In this document: positions 42,201 to 55,700 of the stretch, in pieces
How positions within the stretch are numbered: the first letter of the stretch is position 1
How the letters are laid out: each line of letters opens with the position of its first letter
From: the human T2T-CHM13v2.0 reference genome, Homo sapiens
Length of the DNA stretch: 64,000 nt
Reading direction: 5' to 3' (one strand)
Assembly: GCF_009914755.1 (NCBI RefSeq)
Contig: NC_060940.1
Program-made: the position numbers and the translations under genes
Notes under the pieces: model-generated
Databases searched by the model: none
The model's input: the letters and a program-made list of their open reading frames with translations, nothing else
What the model was told of the DNA's origin: nothing

Positions 42201-45200
42201 ATATTAAAACAGAGCTGATTTACTGCTCCGTGACAAGGCAAGCTGGATGGCAGCCAGGCTCAGGAGCTAGAATTGGCCACTATGGAAAAAGAATGCAGCT
42301 GAAGGAGCTGGAAGTCCAGTCTGGCAAGTGTAACCTGACACTCAAGGCCACAGCAGTAGATGGTAGGTGGTGTCCCAACAGACACGTGGATAGTGGGATG
42401 GAGAACCCAGAACAATGGGCCAGAGGGCAGCATCCGGAAATCCTGCCCAGCAGCCACACCGCTGTTGGAGACAGAATCCCAGTCCCTAAAAGAGGTACTG
42501 ACAAGAGCAGGGGAGCGCCTGGGGTCTAGAGACACAGGGAGGCCACTAAGGAGGGAAGGACTTAGAGCCAGGGAACAATGTAGGGATCCAGAGAGCAGAA
42601 CCAGGAAACCAGATAGAATTGTTCTTGGCAGTAAATCCAAAGTTGTCAGAACTAGGGCATGAATACTGGGCTTGACGACTTAACGCTCCCAGAGAATTGG
42701 GCAGCAGCTCCTGAGATTCCCCAGGGACTCCTTGGAAGCGAACATTACTCATTCATTCCTTCAGCAAGTACTGAACACCTGTTACGTGCCTGGCCAATGC
42801 AAAGCCCTAGAGATAGAGTGCTGAGCAAGAAAGACACAGTCACTGACCCCCGTGAATGCAAAGGCAATGTTTCTCAAACTGGAGTCTGAGGATCCCCAGA
42901 GGTACCTGTAAAACTGAAGATTCCCAGGCCCCGGAAGAGGCTGGGAGCAGGAATCTGTGTGGGCCTTGAGCAAGTCTTCTAACTGCTCAGTGCCTCCGTT
43001 TCTCCATTTGTAAATGGGACTAGGAACACGAATGACCCACAAGTTGCTGTATTAAGTGAGTGCACTCAGCACAGGGTAGGGGCTTGACACAAGCCAGGAT
43101 CATCATGATCTTCATCATTTTAATTTTCTACATCATCATGGAGGAATAGGGGTTCATTTTAACAAGACCCCTCGTCATTTGTGTGCACTAAATTTTGAGA
43201 ATCACTAGATAATTTTCAGCTCTGCAGGCAGTTCCTGCTTCCATCACATGGGGCCTAGCCAACAACTTAGAATTGAGACAAACAAGTATCTGTACCTTGG
43301 GTTGCCCAGGAGAAAACAAGGCCACCCAGACCCCAATTCTGAACCCCTATGTCTTGTCCTCTCTACTGTGAACCCAGACACAGTGGCAGGAAACAAGGAG
43401 GCTGTCGCCACCAAGCTTCACACTATGTAGTCATGAAGACAGGAAGTGCCTTGTTCACAGCCCGTGTCTGTCCACACAGGGATGATGACAACAGAATCAG
43501 CCCAAGAGGGTACCAAAGACATTGTTGGGACCTGCCTTGGCTACCTGCTGTCCAACCCTGGCCCTCCCCTGGCATAGAGAGGCCAAAGGCCCTCCTCTGT
43601 ACCCAAACCCTGATCATCTGGGAAGGGATTCAAATCTATCATTGATATTCCCTGTGGCTGGCTCATTTCCCAACAGTGTCCCCTCTCCCATGCCTTGACA
43701 CTGTAAAGCCACCAGCCTTTAGTGGTCGAGCAAATAATATTTAGGCAGAAATGGGCAGGTAGAGAATGAAACTGGGAACATAAGAATTTGAGCCATCTCT
43801 CGGGCCCTGAAACTACACAATATCCACACAGATCCAGGAGGGGAACACTTGCTCAGAGGGCCCTTCTTCCAGTTCCCCTCATGACTCCCCTCTCTGTGGA
43901 CATGCCTGGATTCCGTGCTGAATCCTGGAAAGCACCTATAGTCATCGGCACTCTAAATGCCAGAACATCAAGGAAGCAAAGAGACAAAAACTAGGCACTG
44001 GGTTTTGCCCCGCAGATTTGATGTCAATCCCTGCCATGACTGTGAACAGTCACCATGTAGTATCCAATGACCAGGTAGAGCAAAAACAACCTATTCTCAC
44101 AAATGCCTCTGACAAACCTTGTCATCAGTGTCATTTGACTCCAACAGGAAATACTCTAGAAAGGAGGGTATGCTCGTCTACAGAGCAAGGACACTGTTCT
44201 CTGCTGACAACTCTTTAAAAGTTGAGGGTATTTTGCTCAGGAGTATCCATCCCCATTAATCCCTTCAACGTGGCTTCTGAAACAAGATGTTGCTGCTGGG
44301 AAAACATGCTCCTGGCATTTCTTCCTGGGATTCAGGGTGCATTTTCCTCTTGGACCAATGTATAAATGAGTGTAGGCAGCAGCTGATAATGCCACTTATT
44401 ATTACTTTCATTCAGCAGCATTAGTGAGTGAAGATTTCAGTAGGCTGGCCTGGGAATCCTGCTACCACTTGTAATGTTGTTTCTGGTTTAAAAATATACC
44501 CTGAGAGCCGTCCGCTTCAGAAATTGAGCATGTGTGGTTGCTGAAAGGCTTTCTTTAGAGTCACAAGTGGGGTAACTTATCTTAAATAAGGGAATAGACT
44601 AAAATAACCAGAAAGAACCCATATCATTTCATTATAAGGAAGTGGCTACAGAGAGAAAATAATGAGCTCATCCTGGAGAGACCCTAAGTGCAGTAAACAC
44701 ATTTCCGCCAAGACCCCAGGAAAATGTCAGCTCCTCCCCAGCAGTTAGGGGCTTCCTTCTCAGTGCCCCCACTTCTTGACCAAAACAAGAAGTACAAAAA
44801 TCCCAGTGCTACTAAGAACAACCAATGACAGAATAAGAGTGCTAAGAAACTAATCACTGTCATGTGCTAGCTGTTTGCTGTCTGCACATGTTAGATATTT
44901 TACTTGCAGTAATTTATTTAATCCTCCCAACAGTCCTCTGAGGTGGTGACTCATTCCCATTTGATACCTAAGAAAACCGAGGCTCAGAAAAATTAAAGGG
45001 TTTGCCTGAAGTCATGTAGCAAACACACGCTGGGGCCTGGATTCAAAATCATCCCTGATTCACAAGCTTCTTTTCCAAGGCATGAGCAGGTTTGGGCAGC
45101 AAAATAGTATCAGATGGGGAAGTCCTTCCATCAGTGACTATTTGGGAGAGTGGCGATCATGACTCTCCAAACTGCTTCTTGAGCTCTGGGTTCTGCCTTG

Positions 45201-47271
45201 TCTGCAGGAGCCCAGTCATCCTTTGCAAAGCCAAGCTGCTGGTGACCACTTTCTTCTAAGCAGGTTTATATCTAGCACGTGATCCACCATATTCCACTGA
45301 TTCTAAAATATGCACAGTTTCCCATTTTATCATCTCTGTAATCAGGATTGAAATCAAGCATGCCTAACAATGGCCCAGCTAGACCACCCTTCAGCTTCTC
45401 CAGGACTGAAGCTGAGCAGTGACCACAGGGAAGACAGAAGATACAGCTGCTCTGTCCCCTCCCCGGTGACCATCCCCATCCTTCTCCTGGTGCCATGCAG
45501 TCCCCACAGTTCCTTTGCCCTGTCCACCTCTCCCCAAACTCACTGAACCTGCTGGGCTGCAAATTCAGGGACTGTATTCCAGGCACAGCGACGAAGAGGT
45601 CCTAGCCACTACCCAGTTCTGGTGTCTGTTAGCTGTTACAAAATTCTCAGGAGACCCTTCTTTGAGGAAGAAGTGGTTATGGACCCCTCAGGAGCTGAGA
45701 GAATGTCTAAAAGGGCTCTATAAACAAATTAAAATAAAAATTCCCAGTGATAAGGAAGCATTGAGTCATATAATAGAGGTGTTTCTTTTAAAAGTACAAT
45801 GATTCTTAATATTGGCTGCAAAATAGAATCACCCAAAGAGGTTTTTAAATACTGATTTAAAAAAAAGAAGAAAATGAATAAAATGAATAAATAAGTGAAT
45901 GAAAAAACCAATGTCCACCCCCCAGATTACTGATGTTATTGATCTGGAGCAGGGCTGGGCACCAAGACATGTGAAAGCTCACTAGGTGATTCTATTATTC
46001 AGAGGTACATAAAATAACAGAGCATCTTATAATCTGTAGTGTCTTAGAGTCAATGAAAGCAAACACACTGCTGAGTCCTGAGAATTTACCCAGGAACTCA
46101 CCCTGATCTCCCAAACACTTCCCAGCTCCTCTGGATGAGACACCTTATCGAGCCAACAACGGCAAAGTCATCAACAACGGAATGGGCACACAAGCTGCAT
46201 GTATATTGTATCTGTAATTGTCAGAACATAACTAAGCCTAGTTTTCTTAGGCCTATTTTACAGATTAGAAAACTGAGGATCCAAAAAGTCAAAGTTGCCC
46301 AAGGTTACAGAGGAAGAAACTGACAGACATCCGAAAACCAGGCCCTTTTCAAAACACCACACTGACTCTCCAAGATACTGTGCTCCTTCTTTGTACAGGG
46401 CTAGGAGCTGGAATTCAAGGATGGATTAACCACAGTCCATGCACTCTTCAATTTTATAATCCATGCCAGGAGACAGACTACGGCCCTACTCATGAGCATA
46501 CTTGGTGCCCTAAGCTTCCAACATACAAAGGGTTGAGTTCACAGGAGGGAAAATTATTCTTGGCTGGAGGATTCAGTCCCCATAGAAGAGAAGACTCGGG
46601 AGTTGGCCCTTAGAGGGCAAGGAGGATTTCCACAAGCAGAGCAGAAGGAGAAGACATAGAGGGGCCATGGGGCCATAACCCTTTTCTGCTGCAGGGTGAA
46701 GCCTCTGAACTGCCACACTCGGCAGGGCGCTTTCTACAGTCCCTGTGGACTATGTACCCACCACAGGCACCTCCCTGGGCTACCCATTTGCTTCCAAGTG
46801 CACTTAGATGTGTGGTCTATAGGCCCAGGAATTCCTGGAGAGAGGAAAAGCCGCCCCAAGAAGCCATCTCAAGGCATCTCCTCTCGGAGCTTTTCCTCCT
46901 GGCACAAAGGCTGCATTCACCTATGTATGGCTCCTACACAGGGAGCTGTGCCCAGAAGGGTTGTATTAAGTAAACCCTAGCTTGGCATCAAGTCCAGCTT
47001 TGGGCTTGCAGCGCTGAGGAGCTGAGATGAACATTCAATTTACAGTTTGCATTCTGTCTGTGGCTGAATCTGAGGTGCAAGCTGGGATGTTTCTAAGTAA
47101 GAACACTAATTCCGGCTTCTAAACTCCAGGTTCCCCAAATGCAAACTCTCCAAGTGTCAGCCTCACCCAAGAGCCACCACAGCCCAGGTGAGACTGACCC
47201 CATGCCCCAGCACACTGATCTTATCCCAATGAGATACTGATTCCACAGGATAGTCCCCCATGTTCCTTAGG

Positions 47272-47487
47272 ATAAAGTCAGCAAACCATAGCCTACAAGC
47301 TGCATCCAGCCTAACAGCTGCTACAGTAAATAAAGTTTTATTGATAACACAGCTGTGCCATTCGTTTACATACTTCTATAGCTACTTTCAAAACTGCAGA
47401 ACATGAGTAGTGGTGACAGAGACCAAATGACCTGAAAAATTGAAAATATTTACTCTCTGGCATTGGTAGAAAGTCTGCCAATTCCTG
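47272..47487. mobile_element. MER58A
   Basis: GTCAGCAAACCATAGCC...GTAAATAAAGTTTTATTG...AAAATATTTACTCTCTGG...GTCTGCCAATTCCTG. Confidence 0.85.
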
Positions 47488-47490
47488 CTG

Positions 47491-48022
47491 AAGAAGAAGA
47501 AACAGAGGAGAGTGAGGAACAGGAGAAAGAGGAGGAAGAGGAAGGGAGAAGGAAGAAGAGGAGAAATGGGGGGAAGGAGGAGAAGGAGTGGAGAAGAAGA
47601 GGAAGAGGAGAAAAAGGGGGGAGAAAGAGGAGGGAGAGAGAGGAAGAAGCAAGGAGAGAAAGAGGAAGAAGCAAGAAGAGAAAGAGGAAGAGGGGAGGAG
47701 GAAGAGAAAGAAGATGAAGAGGAAGAAAGAAGGAAGAGGAGGAAAAGAGGAGAGGAAGGAAAAAGAAGAGGAAGAGAAAGGAGAAGAAAGAAAGAGGAGA
47801 TAAAAAAGAAGAGAAAGAAGAAGAGGAGGAGGAGACAAAGAGGAAGAGGAGAGGAGGAGGGGAAGGAAGAGGAGAAGAAAGAGGAAGAGGAGGGGGAGAA
47901 AGAGGAAGAAGATGAGGAGAAAGAGGAAGAGGAGGAGGAGAAAGGAAGAGGAAAGAAAGGAGAAGAGAGAGAGGAAGATGGGAAGAGGAAGAGGAGGAGG
48001 AGGAAGAAATGGAGTAGAAGGA
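47491..48022 (+). repeat. GA-rich polypurine low-complexity tract (about 530 bp)
   Basis: Almost exclusively G/A (GAG/GAA units). Confidence 0.95.
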
Positions 48023-48419
48023 CCTAGAGAAATTATTTCTGTCTTAGCATTGCTATCAGGTGGCTCTTTTTTCTATGCCATTAAGGTTCTCTCTCTCAAA
48101 GAAAAAATCTGTAAAACTCTGGAGCTCTTCTACTCCCTGCAGCATGAAGATCCTGACTCCTTGTCATAGTTCATGAAGACCCCTAACACTCTCCACCCAC
48201 CTCAAGCACATAACACACACATGACACACATGTGGCACTTCATGACCTGGCATGAACTATATCAGTGTGTATTGCCTGTAATATTGTTTTATGAAGGCTT
48301 TGTTTCACATACATATACACACATGCATTTGTGTACTAGGCCCATGATACAACATAGATTTCTTTCTATAGTTCACAGTCAAGAAAGTTTGAAAGTCATG
48401 ACACTAACACTGTGAATTA

Positions 48420-48834
48420 CATCTCAGATCCATCCACTTCTCTGCATCACCAAGTCACCAAACCTCTCACCCAGACCTTTGTGGCAGCTTCCCACATGGT
48501 CTTCTTGTCTACAGTCTTGACCCATGGCCAATGTGCTCTTCATAGGGTGGCCAGGGGAATCTTTTAAACTGTAAAGCCAACTCTGTAAGATCGTGTCCTC
48601 AAACCCTTTGGTGGTTTCCCACTGAACTAAGAATGAAATCCAGACTTCTGAGCAGTCTACTGAGTTAAGCATGGTCTAGATGCCACCTGCCTGCCCCACT
48701 CCTGGACCACACTTCAACTGAGTCACCTTCTATCGGTTCCAAGGACATGTTCTGTCCTTTCCCACCACAGAGCCTTGGTGGGCATTGTTCCCTTTCACTG
48801 GAACACTCTGAACTCCCATACACCTGTGCAACAC

Positions 48835-48871
<37 letters not shown>

Positions 48872-49196
48872 TACACACACACACTTTGCCTCACCAACAT
48901 CTATTCATCCCTTCAGTCCTAGTTTAATGTCACTTCCTTGGAGCATCTTCCCTGACATCCCTGACATCTTAGATAAAATTGGAGACCCGCATATTTGAGC
49001 ACTCTTTTCTATCCCTTTACAACACTTATTGCAACAGTAATTAGCGATTTGTGGGATTCATGGTGACGATCCACTTCTACCCCTAGACTGCAAGCCCCAT
49101 GTAGCTGGCTCTATATCTGTCCTGTTCACTGCTGTGTCCCCAGCATAGCTCCTGGCCCACAGTAGGTGCTCAGGAAACATTCATTGGATAATTGAG
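48420..49196 (+). mobile_element. L2a 3' region with internal (CA)/(CATA) repeat at 48829-48883
   Basis: TCAAACCCTTTGGTGGTTTCCCA, TAGACTGCAAGCCCCATG, CACAGTAGGTGCTCA. Confidence 0.8.
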
Positions 49197-50468
49197 TCTA
49201 CAAATCTCATCCTACAGTCTACGAATCTCAGTCCACATATTTCAAATTCTTACTTTCATGTCCAAGAACTGTGCTTAGTTGCTGTGGCCTAAGCTACATG
49301 CAGAAGTTCCAGCAGTCCACAAGAAACTCTGTACGACTGACCTGAGAAACCCTAACCCGGACTGAACTGAAAAAACACTTGGCATATTTTGCTCCTGAAA
49401 GCCAGCCAACCACAGTGTGAGTAACGCGCTTTAGCAACAAGCACGCTGCCCGCTATTCAAGAGGACTGGAATCTGAATTCTACGACCCGGATGAGGGAAT
49501 CCCCATTTTTTTCAAATTCTCACTTGTTACAAATATTACTGGTGCCATTCAACCCACAGCTTCTAAGACATTGGGGCATGAAGTTTTCATCTTCTGAAGT
49601 GGGATGACACTTAGTCACTCACCTGCTCTTACAAAGGCCAACTGTTAAGTGTTCCTTAGAATTTATTTAAGCTTCCTCCATTATGTATGTCTGAGTCACA
49701 AAAAGACAGTGACATCTATTTTAAGTTCAAAAATAATTTGCTAATCCAGAAAATAATGTCAAGTTTGATGAAATAAGATTGCTCATCAGTTCAAACGGTT
49801 GAGGCAGGATAATGGGTTCATAGGAGTTCCGTATAAGATTCTATTTTTGCGTACATTTAAAATTTTCCACATACATGTTGCAAAGGGATTCGAGGAACAT
49901 TTTGTAACTCAAATCAATATTCATCCATAGGTTTTCTCCCAGTAAGAAGCATTTGTTTTTAAAACCAACAATGAAATGAAAGACTTCATAAAACAAAGAC
50001 ACTGATTTTGGCACAACAAACAATAACTGTATAAATCCTACTGTAATTTACTATAACATTTTACTAAAATAACATTGAATTCTGAAAAAAATTTCTAATT
50101 GCTATGTATTTTAAAACTGAAGTTCTATTTAGAGCAAGTTTTAAACAATTAAAAATTTAATCCCAAGTACAAAGCTTGACATTCAATACATATTTACTGA
50201 ATGAAAGATCAGCCAAGGCATCTTTCCTCATTAAACTGCAACTATTTGTTAGCTTAAACACAAAGAAAGAGATGAATAATACCTAGCATTCAGATCTTGG
50301 TTCTAATATCATTCTCCAATAAAAGGAGCAAGGGCTTCTTAGAAAAACGTTTGACTCTAGGGTTGAAACATGGAATATACAAAATGAGCCTGGAGCATCC
50401 TGCAGTGCCAGAAAGTAAGGAAGTATCAATAGCAACAACAACAACAATCACAAAACAAACAAACAAAC

Positions 50469-50746
50469 AGCTAAGCATGGTGACTCATGCCTATAATCCC
50501 AACACTTTGGAGGCTGAGGCAGGAGGATCACTTGAGCCCAGGAGTTCAAGACCAGCCTGGGCACATAATGAGATGCTGCCTCTACAAAAAATTTAAAAAT
50601 TAGCTAGGCATGCTGGTATGTGCCTATAGTCCCAGCTACCCAAGAGACTGATGTGGGAGGATTGCTGGAGCCCAGGTGGTAGAGGCTGCAGTGAGCCATG
50701 ACTGTGCCTGGGCAAGAGAGCAAGACCATCTCAAAAAGAAAAAAAA
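50469..50746 (+). mobile_element. AluJ
   Basis: GGAGGATCACTTGAGCCCAGGAGTTCAAG; A tail abuts the L1 5' end. Confidence 0.92.
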
Positions 50747-50751
50747 GTTCT

Positions 50752-51655
50752 GGGAGCCAAGATGGCCAAATAGGAACAGCTCCAGTCTACAGCTCCCAGC
50801 GTGAGTGACGCAGAAGACGGGTGATTTCTGCATTTCCATCTGAGGTACCGGGTTCATCTCACTAGGGAGTGCCAGACAGTGGGCACAGGTCACTGGGTGC
50901 ACGCACCGTGCCCGAGCCAAAGCAGGGCGAGGCATTGCCTCACTCGGGAAGCGCAAGGGGTCAGGGAGTTCCGTTTCCTAGTCAAGGAAAGGGGTGACAG
51001 ACGGCACCTGGAAAATCGGGTCACTCCCACCCGAATACTGCGCTTTTCCGAGGGGCTTAAAAAACGGCGCACCAGGAGATTATATCCCGCACATGGCTCG
51101 GAAGGTCCTACGCCCACGGAGTCTCGCTGATTGCTAGCACAGCAATCTGAGATCAAACTGCAAGGTGGAAGCGAGGCTCGGGGAGGGGCGCCTGCCATTG
51201 CCCAGGCTTGCTTAGGTAAACAAAGCAGCCAGGAAGCTCGAACTGGGTGGAGCCCACCACAGCTCAAGGAGGCCTGCCTGCCTCTGTAGGCTCCACCTCT
51301 GGGGGCAGGGCACAGACAAAACAAAAAGACAGCAGTAACCTCTGCAGACTTAAATGTCCCTGTCTGACAGCTTTGAAGAGAACAGTGGTTCTCCCAGCAC
51401 GCAGCGGGAGATCTGAGAATGGGCAGACTGCCTCCTCAAGTGGGTCCCTGACCCCTAACCCCCGAGCAGCCTAACTGAAAGGCACCCCCCAGCAGGGGCA
51501 GACTAACACCTCACACGGCCAGGTACTCCAACAGACTTGCAGCTGAGGGTCCTGTCTGTTAGAAGGAAAACTAACAAACAGAAAGGACATGCATACCAAA
51601 AACCCATCTGTACATCACCATCATCAAAGACCAAAAGTAGATAAAAACCACAAAG
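50752..51655. promoter_or_regulatory. L1 5'UTR with internal sense promoter (+) and antisense promoter (-, same direction as CDYL2)
   Basis: YY1 motif AAGATGGCC (50759-50767) and TGCATTTCCATCTGAGGTA element intact; relatively CpG-rich. Antisense promoter activity is an established property of the L1PA 5'UTR; activity of this copy is not shown. Confidence 0.7.
50890..51198 (-). CDS. L1 ORF0 (102 aa in this copy)
   Basis: GGGCA-ATG-G start; MAGAPPRASLPPCSLISDCCASNQRDSVGVGPSEP... matches ORF0; open to the stop at 50890. Expression unknown. Confidence 0.6.
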   Translation of the reverse strand: MAGAPPRASLPPCSLISDCCASNQRDSVGVGPSEPCAGYNLLVRRFLSPSEKRSIRVGVTRFSRCRLSPLSLTRKRNSLTPCASRVRQCLALLWLGHGACTQ

Positions 51656-52673
51656 GTGGGAAAAAAACAGAGCAGAAAAACTGGAAACTCTAAAAAGCAG
51701 AGCACCTCTCCTCCTCCAAAGGATGGCAGTTCCTCACCAGCAATGGAACAAAGCTGGACGGGGAATGACTTTGACGAGCTGAGAGAAGAAGGCTTCAGAC
51801 GATCAAACTACGAGCTACAGGAGGAAATTCAAACCAAAGGCAAAGAAGTTAAAAACTTTGAAAAAAATTTAGAAGAATGTATAACTAGAATAACCAATAC
51901 AGAGAAGTGCTTAAAGGAGCTGATGGAGCTGAAAGCCAAAGCTCGAGAACTACGTGAAGAATGCAGAAGCCTCAGGAGCCGATGCGATCAACTGGAAGAA
52001 AGGGTATCAGTGATGGAAGATGAAATGAATGAAATGAAGCGAGAAGGGAAGTTTAGAGAAAAAAGAATAAAAAGAAACGAACAAAGCCTCCAAGAAATAT
52101 GGGACTATTTGAAAAGATCAAATCTACGTCTGATTGGTGTACCTGAAAGTGACGGGGAGAATGGAACCAAGTTGGAAAACACTCTGCAGGATATCATCCA
52201 GGAGAACTTGCCCAATCTAGCAAGGCAGGCCAACATTCAGATTCAGGAAATACAGAGAATGCCACAAAGATACTCCTCAAGAAGAGCAACTCCAAGACAC
52301 ATAATTGTCAGATTCACCAAAGTTGAAATGAAGGAAAAAATGTTAAGGGCAGCCAGAGAGAAAGGTCGGGTTACCCACAAAGGGAAGCCCATCAGACTAA
52401 CAGCGAGCGGATCTCTCGGCAGAAACTCTACAAGCCAGAAGAGAGTGGGGGCCAATATTCAACATTCTTAAAGAAAAGAATTTTCAACCCAGAATTTCAT
52501 ATCCAGCCAAACTAAGCTTCATAAGTGAAGGAGAAATAAAATACTTTACAGACAAGCAAATGCTGAGAGATTTTGTCACCACCAGGCCTGCCCTAAAAGA
52601 GCTCCTGAAGGAAGCGCTAAACATGGAAAGGAACAACCGGTACCAGCCACTGCAAAATCATGCCAAAATGTAA
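51656..52673 (+). pseudogene. L1 ORF1, disabled
   Basis: Start ATG>GTG; 4-bp duplication AGCG at 52402-52409 causes a frameshift; normal stop at 52671-52673. Confidence 0.9.
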
Positions 52674-52735
52674 AGACCATCGAGACTAGGAAGAAACTGC
52701 ATCAACTAACGAGAAAATAACCAGCTAACATCATA

Positions 52736-55700
<2,965 letters not shown>

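Noticed and set aside
47463-48027. E/K/R-rich ORFs on +
   Set aside because: Stop-free only because the tract lacks T; low-complexity artefact.
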